32,000 bases of DNA from Kineococcus radiotolerans SRS30216 = ATCC BAA-149. GTDB taxonomy: Bacteria; Actinomycetota; Actinomycetes; Actinomycetales; Kineococcaceae. The notes below the pieces were generated by a model that worked only from the letters and a program-made list of their open reading frames with translations, did not search any database and had not been told where the DNA came from. Below, one piece after another: positions 16,971-24,134 of this stretch (the stretch's first letter is position 1; each line of letters starts with the position of its first letter). The stretch covers positions 150,001 to 182,000 of the forward strand of contig NC_009664.2 in the NCBI RefSeq assembly GCF_000017305.1. The letters are read 5' to 3'. Made by a program: the position numbers and the translations under genes.

Positions 16971-17908
16971 GCAGCACCGGAGCCGTGGGAACGACCAGAC
17001 TGGCCGCCGTGGCCGGGAACTTCGGCCGCGACCTCGAAGCCACGTACGCGCAGGTGGGCCGCGTCCTGGAGCGGGCCCGGGCCGACGGCACCGGGCTGGT
17101 CGCCTTCCCCGAGGCCTGCCTGGGGGGTTACCTCTCCAGCCTGGGCTCGGCCGAGGACAGGGGGACCGCGGCCAGCCGCCGCGGGCGTTCCGGACCGCCC
17201 GCGCTGACCCTGGACGGGCCGGAACTGCGACGGGTGCAGGAGATGGCCGGGGACGTCGTCGTGGTGGTGGGGATGTGCGAGGACGGCGGCCACGACCTGT
17301 ACAACACCGCCGTGGCGCTGACCGGCGACGGGATCCTCGGGGTGCACCGCAAGGTGCACCAGCCGCTGGGCGAGAACCTCACCTACGCCGCCGGTTCCGC
17401 CTTCGACGCGTTCGACACCCCCGTCGGGCGCATCGGTCTGCAGATCTGCTACGACAAGGCCTTTCCCGAGGCCGCTCGCGCCGCGGCCCTGGACGGGGCC
17501 GCCGTCATCGTCAGCATCTCGGCGTGGCCGGGTTCGCGCACCGCCGCCGCCGCCGACCTGGCCCGGGACCGCTGGCGCCTGCGCTTCGACCTCTACGACC
17601 AGGCCCGGGCGCTGGAGAACCAGGTCGTGTGGGTCGCCGCCAACCAGGCCGGGGAGTTCGGTTCGCTGCGGTTCGTCGGCAACGCGAAGATCGTCGGGCC
17701 CGGCGGGGAGGTCCTGGCCAGCACCGGGACGGACGCGGGCATCGCCGTCGCCGACGTCGACATCGAGCACGAATTGGCGCTCGCGCGGCGAGCCATGTTC
17801 AACCTGCGCGACCGCCGCCCCGATGCCTACGGCGCCGTCGTCGCCCCCAACGCCCACGCCGTCCCCGCTGTCCCCGCCGTTCAGGAGGAGGTCCCCAGCC
17901 TTGCCTGA
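16967..17908 (+). CDS. Nitrilase-superfamily carbon-nitrogen hydrolase (cluster nitrilase, catalytic triad intact)
   Basis: 313 aa; ATGA overlap with the upstream gene. Glu in VAFPEACLGGY (17111-17113), Lys in HRKVH (17351-17353), Cys in LQICYDKAFPE (17447-17449). Confidence 0.9.
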   Translation: MSSTGAVGTTRLAAVAGNFGRDLEATYAQVGRVLERARADGTGLVAFPEACLGGYLSSLGSAEDRGTAASRRGRSGPPALTLDGPELRRVQEMAGDVVVVVGMCEDGGHDLYNTAVALTGDGILGVHRKVHQPLGENLTYAAGSAFDAFDTPVGRIGLQICYDKAFPEAARAAALDGAAVIVSISAWPGSRTAAAADLARDRWRLRFDLYDQARALENQVVWVAANQAGEFGSLRFVGNAKIVGPGGEVLASTGTDAGIAVADVDIEHELALARRAMFNLRDRRPDAYGAVVAPNAHAVPAVPAVQEEVPSLA

Positions 17909-18245
17909 GACGACGTTCACGGTGCGCTGGCCCGACGAGACCGTGCAGCACTGCTACTCCCCCTCCCTCGTCGTCCACGACCACCTCGCGGTGGGCGCCG
18001 AGTACCCCGTCGCGGAGTTCCTCGCCCGCGCCGGCACCGCGCTGACCACCGCGAGCGAGCGGGTGCGGGCGAAGTACGGCATGGCCTGCACCTCGGCGAT
18101 GGCCCAGCTCGACGACCTGACCGCCCGCGCAGCGCGCTACGACCCCGCCGCCCCCGTGCGCGTGCTCGGGCTCGAACCGCCCCTCCCCCCGTCGACGCCC
18201 CCCGGACCCGCGCTGACGCAGCGACCCCCTGGAGCCACCCCGTGA
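17901..18245 (+). CDS. MSMEG_0570-like small conserved protein (function unknown)
   Basis: TTG at 17901 is preceded by AGGAGGAGG (17883-17891). It overlaps the nitrilase stop by 8 nt and is overlapped by the next gene's start (GTGA at 18242). Sequence: LPETTFTVRWPDETVQHCYSPSLVVHDHL...YGMACTSAMAQL. The track's 17823 start would overlap the nitrilase by 86 nt. Confidence 0.6.
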   Translation: MPETTFTVRWPDETVQHCYSPSLVVHDHLAVGAEYPVAEFLARAGTALTTASERVRAKYGMACTSAMAQLDDLTARAARYDPAAPVRVLGLEPPLPPSTPPGPALTQRPPGATP

Positions 18246-19579
18246 ACACCCCGCCGGCCACCACCCGTGAGCACCACCCCGTCGTCGTCGTCGGCGCCGG
18301 CCAGGCCGGGCTCTCCCTCAGCTGGCACCTCACCCGGCGCGGTGTCGACCACGTCCTGCTCGAACGCGGCACGACCGCCCACGAATGGCGCGACGGGCGC
18401 TGGGACGCCTTCACCCTGGTCACCCCCAACTTCCAGTGCCGCCTCCCCGGGTGGAGCTACACCGGGGAGTTCGCCGGCACCGACCCCGACGGGTTCATGG
18501 AACGCGACGAGGTGCACCGGTTCGTCACCGAGTACGCCCGTTCCTTCGCCGCCCCCGTCCGCGAAGGCGTGGCGGTCACCTCCCTGCGCCAGCACGGTGG
18601 CGGCTTCGCCCTCTCCACCAGCGCCGGGGAGTTCAGCGCCGACCAGGTCGTGATCGCCACCGGCGGTTACCACGTACCCGTCGTCCCCGCGGCCGCCGAG
18701 CGCCTCCCGCGCGACGTCGTGCAGTTGCACTCCTCCGCCTACCGCAGCGCGCAGCGGCTGCCCGAGGGCGCGGTCCTCGTCGTGGGCTCCGGGCAGTCCG
18801 GCGCCCAGATCGCCGAGGACCTGCACCTGGCCGGCCGCCGCGTCCACCTGGCCGTGGGGAACGCACCGCGGTGCGCCCGCACCTACCGCGGGCGCGACTG
18901 CATCGCGTGGCTGGAGGACATGGGGACCTACGACGTCACCGCCGGCGAGGTCCCCGGAGGCGCAGCCGCGCAGGAGAAGACCAACCACTACATGACCGGG
19001 CGCGACGGAGGTCGCGACATCGACCTGCGCGCCTTCGCCCGGGAGGGCATGGGCCTCCACGGGCGGCTGGAGGACGTGCGCGACGGCGTCGCCCGCTTCG
19101 CGCCGACGCTGGAGCAGGCGCTGGACCACGCCGACTCGGTGATGGAGTCCATCAAGGACGTCATCGACCGCCACATCAGCGCCCGGGGCATCGACGCGCC
19201 GAACGAGGCGCGCTACGTCCCCGTGTGGCGCCCCGAGCAGGAAGTCACCGAGCTCGACCTCGCCGCGGCGGGCATCACCTCGGTCGTGTGGAGCGTCGGC
19301 TACCGCGCGGACCACCGGTGGGTCGAGCTCGGGGTCTTCGACGGGCGCGGGCGCCCCCGCCAGACCCGCGGGGTCACCGGCACGCCGGGCCTCTTCTTCC
19401 TCGGGCTGCCGTGGATGCACACCTGGGGTTCGGGTCGCTTCGCCGGCATCGCCCGCGACGCGGAGTTCCTCGCCGACCAGCTGACCGCGGGCGCGGCTCG
19501 CCTCCCTCCGCCGTCCTCCCCCGCGTCCCGCCCCGCCTCGACGGGCCTCGCCGCGTCGCACCTCACCGCAGCCCGCTGA
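18242..19579 (+). CDS. FAD/NAD(P)-binding flavoprotein oxidoreductase (MSMEG_0569-like, class-B monooxygenase-like)
   Basis: 445 aa with two dinucleotide-binding motifs, VVVVGAGQAGLS and VLVVGSGQSGAQIA, and a C-terminal GLFFLGLPW. Confidence 0.85.
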   Translation: MNTPPATTREHHPVVVVGAGQAGLSLSWHLTRRGVDHVLLERGTTAHEWRDGRWDAFTLVTPNFQCRLPGWSYTGEFAGTDPDGFMERDEVHRFVTEYARSFAAPVREGVAVTSLRQHGGGFALSTSAGEFSADQVVIATGGYHVPVVPAAAERLPRDVVQLHSSAYRSAQRLPEGAVLVVGSGQSGAQIAEDLHLAGRRVHLAVGNAPRCARTYRGRDCIAWLEDMGTYDVTAGEVPGGAAAQEKTNHYMTGRDGGRDIDLRAFAREGMGLHGRLEDVRDGVARFAPTLEQALDHADSVMESIKDVIDRHISARGIDAPNEARYVPVWRPEQEVTELDLAAAGITSVVWSVGYRADHRWVELGVFDGRGRPRQTRGVTGTPGLFFLGLPWMHTWGSGRFAGIARDAEFLADQLTAGAARLPPPSSPASRPASTGLAASHLTAAR

Positions 19580-19581
19580 CC

Positions 19582-20694
19582 GTGCGGATCGCGCTCACGA
19601 CGTACTCCACGAAACCTCGCGGCGGCGTCGTCCACACCCTGGCGCTGGCCGAGGCGCTCGTCGAGGCCGGCGCCGAGGTGAGCGTCTGGACGCTGGGCCG
19701 CAGCGGTGACGCCGGCTTCTTCCGCCCCGTCGCCCCGCAGGTCGACGTCCGCGTCGTACCGTTCCCGGCTCGCGAGGGCGAGAGCGTCGGGGACCGCATC
19801 CTGCGCTCCATCGACGTCCTGCGGGCGGGGTTCGACCCCGCCGGCTACGACGTCGTCCACGCCCAGGACTGCATCAGCGCCAACGCCGTCGGGCGCTGCG
19901 TCCGCACCGTGCACCACCTGGACACGTTCACCACCCCCGCGCTGGCCGCCTGCCACGAACGGGCGATCGTCGAACCGTACGCGCACGTGTGCGTCTCCCG
20001 CGCGGTGGCCGAGGAACTGCGGGAGGGCTGGGGACTGGACCCCGTCGTCATCCCCAACGGCGTGCAGGCGCAACCCTTCACCGACGCGGCGGGCGACGCC
20101 CCCGCCGCAGCGGCGGCCCGCCGGCACTGGCAGGACCGGTTCGGGCGCTACGTCGTCGCCGTCGGCGGCATCGAACCGCGCAAGGGCAGCACCGACCTGC
20201 TGCGGGCCGTCGCCCTCCTGCGCCGGGAACTCCCCGACGTCGCCCTGGTGGTGGCCGGCGGGGAAACCCTCTTCGACTACCGGGACTACCGCGCCGAGTT
20301 CGACCGCCTCGCCGCCGAGCTCGACGTCGCCCCGCACGTCCTGGGCCCGGTCCCCACCGCGGACCTGCCCTCCCTGGTGGCGGGCGCCGCGGCCATGGGT
20401 TTCGTCTCCACCAAGGAGGGTTTCGGGTTGGCCGCCATGGAGGGTCTCGCGGCCGGGATCCCGCTGGTGACGCGGGACCTGCCCGTCCTGCGGGAGGTCT
20501 TCGACGGCGCCGCGGCCTTCGCCGTGGACCCCGCCTCCATCGCGACCGCCCTGCGCGACGCCGTGCTCCGCCCGGACTCCGACGTCCTGGTCGCGCGCCG
20601 GGCCGTCGGAGCCGATCTCGTCGCCCGGCACACGTGGGCGGCGGCCGCCCGAGCGCACCTGGAGTTCTACGCGGCTCTGGCCGAGTTCCCGTGA
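19582..20694 (+). CDS. GT-B (GT4-like) glycosyltransferase (MSMEG_0565-like)
   Basis: 370 aa from GTG 19582, 2 nt after the flavoprotein stop. MRIALTTYSTKPRGGVVHTLALAEAL-type N-terminus, and the EGFGLAAMEGLAAGIPLV retaining-GT motif (E-x7-E). Confidence 0.85.
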   Translation: MRIALTTYSTKPRGGVVHTLALAEALVEAGAEVSVWTLGRSGDAGFFRPVAPQVDVRVVPFPAREGESVGDRILRSIDVLRAGFDPAGYDVVHAQDCISANAVGRCVRTVHHLDTFTTPALAACHERAIVEPYAHVCVSRAVAEELREGWGLDPVVIPNGVQAQPFTDAAGDAPAAAAARRHWQDRFGRYVVAVGGIEPRKGSTDLLRAVALLRRELPDVALVVAGGETLFDYRDYRAEFDRLAAELDVAPHVLGPVPTADLPSLVAGAAAMGFVSTKEGFGLAAMEGLAAGIPLVTRDLPVLREVFDGAAAFAVDPASIATALRDAVLRPDSDVLVARRAVGADLVARHTWAAAARAHLEFYAALAEFP

Positions 20695-20748
20695 CGCCGG
20701 TGAGGACGACCGCCGGTGACGCGATCCGCCGGTGGGCGCAGGCCGGTG
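20695..20748. repeat. Phased direct repeats of (C)GCCGGTG at 16, 16 and 14 bp spacing in an intergenic gap
   Basis: cgccggtga at 20695, cgccggtga at 20711, cgccggtgg at 20727, ggccggtg at 20741. They lie in the 142-bp spacer between the glycosyltransferase stop and the second CN-hydrolase start. Confidence 0.7.
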
Positions 20749-20836
20749 CGGGAACAGGCGCTGACCCGCGCGGGCACCCGCGAGGCGCACCGCAGCCAGT
20801 GGTGCCCTGGCGCGCCGTCGACGGGAGGAACGTGCG

Positions 20837-21694
20837 GTGACGACGATCGGTGGGGTGTCTCGTCCTCTCCGGATCGCCGCGGCCGCGGCGCACTTCGGCC
20901 GAGACCTCGATCGGGGACTGGAGAAGGCGCTCGGCATCGTCGCCGCCGCCCGGCGCGGCGGCATCGACCTGCTGGTCCTGCCCCACGGGACGCTCGGTGG
21001 TTACCTCTCCGACCTCGAGGACCCGCGCAGCGATGAGGTTCCCCCGGCGCTGTCCGCCGACGCCCCGCAGATCGCCGCCGTCGCCGCGGCCGCGGGGCCG
21101 GTGACGGTGTGCCTGGGGTACACCGAGGTGGACGTCCTGCACGGGTACCCGTGCTACTTCAGCGCGGCGGTGTGCCTCACCGGCGACGGTGTCCTGGGTC
21201 GGCACCGGAAGGTGCACCAGCCCGCGGGTGAGGCCAAGGTGTTCTCCGCCGGTGACGGTTTCACCGCGTTCGACACCCCCGTGGGGCGGCTGGGGATGCT
21301 CATCGACTACGACAAGACGTTCCCCGAGGCGGGCCGGTCGCTGGCTCTGGCCGGGGCCCGGACGATCGCCTGCCTCTCCGCGTGGCCGGCCAGCGTCACC
21401 GACCGCGCCTCGCGCCTGCTCGCGGACCGTCAGTCCCGGTTGTTCGACCTCTACGACAGTGCCCGGGCGGCGGAGAACCAGGTCGTCTGGGTCTCCTCGA
21501 ACCAGACCGGGATCCAGGGGAACCTGCGTTTCCTCGGGCAGGCCAAGGTCGTCGGCCCCGGGGGCGACGTGCTGGCGCGGACCGGCTCCAAGGGCGCCCT
21601 GGCGGAGGTGCGGCTCGACGTGGAGCACGAGGTGACCCGGGCGCGCAGGACGTTGCACCACCTGGCGGAACGGCGCTCCGACACCTACCGGTAG
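20837..21694 (+). CDS. Carbon-nitrogen hydrolase paralog lacking the catalytic Glu and Cys (probable pseudoenzyme)
   Basis: 285 aa, collinear with the 16967 nitrilase (RHRKVHQP, NQVVWV and RFLGQAKVVGPGG are shared). However, FPEACLGGY is LPHGTLGGY (His codon 20984-20986) and ICYDKAFPE is LIDYDKTFPE (Asp codon 21305-21307). Confidence 0.85.
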   Translation: MTTIGGVSRPLRIAAAAAHFGRDLDRGLEKALGIVAAARRGGIDLLVLPHGTLGGYLSDLEDPRSDEVPPALSADAPQIAAVAAAAGPVTVCLGYTEVDVLHGYPCYFSAAVCLTGDGVLGRHRKVHQPAGEAKVFSAGDGFTAFDTPVGRLGMLIDYDKTFPEAGRSLALAGARTIACLSAWPASVTDRASRLLADRQSRLFDLYDSARAAENQVVWVSSNQTGIQGNLRFLGQAKVVGPGGDVLARTGSKGALAEVRLDVEHEVTRARRTLHHLAERRSDTYR

Positions 21695-21696
21695 TT

Positions 21697-22060
21697 TCCC
21701 GGCGCTGGAGAACCACCCCCGAAACACCGGGGTTCGAGGTCCGCAACTCCCTCCACCACGAGTTGCGGAGAAGCTGAGGCGGTTCGAGGTCGTACCCGCG
21801 GTCGAGGATGAGGTGCATGGGCGGGTACCAGGAGAGCTGTCGCAGCGGGTGCGGTCCCTGCTGCCGCTGCGCCCGTCGCACCGCTTCCGACGTCCCGGGC
21901 GACGGCCCGGGACGACCGCGCCCCGCCGGCCGGCGTCGTCCCGGTGTTGAAGATCACCTGCTGGCGGCTGCGGCCGGCGTGCTCGCCGATCCGCCACCGC
22001 GAACCACCCACCCCGTGGTGGCAGGAACGGTGAACCACCGCAGAGATCGGGGCCGCGTCC
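21697..22060 (-). mobile_element. Degenerate IS5/IS4-family DDE transposase remnant (frameshifted, truncated at both ends)
   Basis: One minus-strand frame reads GRSRQQVIFNTGTTPAGG, comparable to the GSKHHVITDAGGTPLAV block of IS5-like transposases. A second frame reads GRRPGRRKR and a third reads HLILDRGYDLEP (the DRGYD motif around the second catalytic Asp). No intact ORF and no downstream catalytic Glu region. It abuts the cluster's last stop codon. Confidence 0.4.
21740..21769. other. Perfect 10-bp-stem hairpin flanked by an 11-bp direct repeat
   Basis: tccgcaactc (21740-21749) pairs with gagttgcgga (21760-21769), with a 10-nt loop. ggttcgaggtc occurs at 21731-21741 and again at 21781-21791. 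The hairpin is 46 nt downstream of the second CN-hydrolase stop, so it may act as a terminator. Confidence 0.3.
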
Positions 22061-22754
22061 GACGTGTCCGCTGACGCATCTGATGGAAGGCCGTCACGAG
22101 CCCCCGCCTTGATTCAAGGCTCACCTGCTGTTGCATTCCTCGAGAACCGACACCGAAGGGACCACGAAACCAGCCTCACCGGATGGGAGAACCCAGCGGT
22201 GGAGCGACAGCCGCTTCGTCAGCGCTCGCGGTCAACGCCGTGAGCAGTCGCCTCCACGACCGGACGACCACCCGCCACGACGCACCCGATCTCCGACGGC
22301 ACCGGTGCGGCGGCCGAGCGCGCCGTCCTCGCCCTGACCACCGCACCCTGCACAGCCGGGCCCTGAACGGCGGCCCCACCGTCGGCGCCGCCGTGTCGAG
22401 CCCACCGTCCTGCGCCCACCGAACCGCACCTGAGCAACCCCACCCGTACGACCTCCCCGTCCGCGAGCGCGGGCTCAGCGGCCGCGGGAGCGGTGACGCG
22501 ATCGACGGGCGCGATCGACGACCTCGCCGGGGGCGGTGGTCTCGGCGGCGACGCTGCGGGGACGTCCTCGCGCACCGGAGGGGCGGACCGGGCCCGCGTC
22601 GTGCCCCACATCCCGTGCCATCCACGCGCCGGTGTGGCAGGCTCAGCGCAGAGCAGAACGTGACAGCCCGCCCAGCAGGTGAACACCCCGGCAGCACCAG
22701 CCGGGTTGACGAACCTCGGGCGAGCCGGGATCTGGAGCAGGCAGGAGTGACGAC

Positions 22755-23330
22755 GTGCCCCGCACCACCACCCGCGGCGATCGCACGGCCACCGGCATCG
22801 ACACCCGCCGCGCCGCCACCGTCGGCTTGACCTCCTTCGCCACCCTCACCCTGATCCCCCTGCTCACCCACGCCAAGCCCGGCGAACGCGCTCTCCTCCT
22901 GCTCGCCGCGGTCCCCACCGCCGTACTCCTCGGCTGCCTCGCCGGCTACGCCGCCGCCACCGCACCCGGCTCGGCGACCCGCCTCGACGTCGGGCAGCTG
23001 CACGCCGCGCAGCAGGGCATCGAGGTGCGGGCCGCTCACCTGCAGGCCGCCCGGCACGGCGCGTCCACCGCCGCTCAGCCCTCTGCACCGGTCCTCGAAC
23101 TCGTCAGCGACCCCGTTCCCCCGTCGGGGACCGGGTCGCCCGTGGGGAACGGTCCCCTCGCCGCCCTCCCCCGCCCCCCCGCGGACCAGCACCACGAGCT
23201 GCAGCTCGGGCTCCGCCTGGTGCCCGCCCCCACCCGGGAGGCTCCCGGCGCCGCTGCCGGAACTGCCACCAGCCGACCCGGCGACCGCGATCGCCACCTC
23301 ACCCTCGTCGTCACCCACCCCGCCAGCTGA
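22755..23330 (+). CDS. Hypothetical membrane protein (two predicted TM helices, Pro/Ala-rich tail)
   Basis: 191 aa. GTG is preceded by AGGAG (22742-22746). Very high GC3 in this frame. Hydrophobic segments VGLTSFATLTLIPLLTHA and ALLLLAAVPTAVLLGCLAGYAAA. I recognise no family. Confidence 0.55.
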   Translation: MPRTTTRGDRTATGIDTRRAATVGLTSFATLTLIPLLTHAKPGERALLLLAAVPTAVLLGCLAGYAAATAPGSATRLDVGQLHAAQQGIEVRAAHLQAARHGASTAAQPSAPVLELVSDPVPPSGTGSPVGNGPLAALPRPPADQHHELQLGLRLVPAPTREAPGAAAGTATSRPGDRDRHLTLVVTHPAS

Positions 23331-23532
23331 TCCAGCAGCCCGACCCAGCTCGAACGCCCGTCCCGGCGAGCGCAGCACCGCCGGGGTCACCTCCACGGAC
23401 CCGCCCAGTGCAGCAGAGCACCGAGCCCGGGGACACGGCCCACGAACCAGCGGGCCCGTCAGCGCACCTCTCCAGCCGCGTCGCCGCCACCTCTCGCACC
23501 CCACCCCTGGACTCCCCACCGGAGGACCCGCC

Positions 23533-23898
23533 ATGACCCAGATCCCCACCCACGAACCCGCGGACGCGGGCCACGTCGCAGGCCCCGGTGACGCCCGCGC
23601 GGGCTTCGAGATCACTCCCTCGACCGGCGCCGGGCGCGGCGGCGCGGGGGGCGACGTCGAGGACCTCGCCACCCGCGCCGCCCAGGCCCGCCAGACCAAC
23701 GCCCACCGCGCCACCTACGCCGCCGAAGCCCTCCACCGCCACGGCCAGGTCAGCCACAGCGACGCCGACGACATGCAGCGGGCCCTCGTCGAGCTGCTCA
23801 CCGACCTGCACCACCTCTGCGACACCTGCGACCTCGAACTCGCCCCCCTCTACGAAGCCGCCACCCTCATCCACACCCGCGAGACCCAGGCCGCCTAG
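23533..23898 (+). CDS. Hypothetical small protein (121 aa, acidic and His-rich)
   Basis: ATG is preceded by GGAGGA (23521-23526). GC3 is near 95%. The C-terminal half, ALVELLTDLHHLCDTCDLELAPLYEAATLIHTRE, looks structured. No recognisable domain. Confidence 0.6.
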   Translation: MTQIPTHEPADAGHVAGPGDARAGFEITPSTGAGRGGAGGDVEDLATRAAQARQTNAHRATYAAEALHRHGQVSHSDADDMQRALVELLTDLHHLCDTCDLELAPLYEAATLIHTRETQAA

Positions 23899-24134
23899 CC
23901 GGACCCCGTCACGCCCACCACGCCGGAGCCGCGCAGCACGGCGACACCTGAGCCGAGCGCGCTGCACCCGCGCCACCCCGCCAGCCGGTCTCAAGCGGAA
24001 CACGTCGGCAGACGGAGGCCACGGCCTCGCCCCCCCCGGCACGTCCTCCCCGGACACGACCAGTGCCGGTGGTCGTGGTGGTGACGTGCGTGGTCGCCTG
24101 CCGACCGGGTGAACGTCCCCGGTGAACCCGGCCC

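Noticed and set aside
21731-21791. GGTTCGAGG motifs resembling a tRNA T-arm (GGTTCGA)
   Set aside because: No flanking 5-bp T-stem complementarity, no acceptor or anticodon arms, and the motif occurs twice as a plain direct repeat. It is not a tRNA or tRNA fragment that I can support.
22131-22830. Plus-strand ORFs 22131-22337 (68 aa) and 22183-22830 (215 aa), and minus ORF 22219-22686 (155 aa)
   Set aside because: GC3 is only about 80-85% with apparent frame drift. Products are Arg/Pro-rich with no motifs. One ORF reads through the better-supported 22755 gene in another frame. I treat the region as decayed or non-coding, but a pseudogene cannot be excluded.
24055-24077. 8-bp hairpin (cacgacca / tggtcgtg) about 60 bp upstream of the SWIM gene
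   Set aside because: Short stem, could arise by chance, with no repeat partner elsewhere in the window. It may be an operator or terminator, but this is unsupported.
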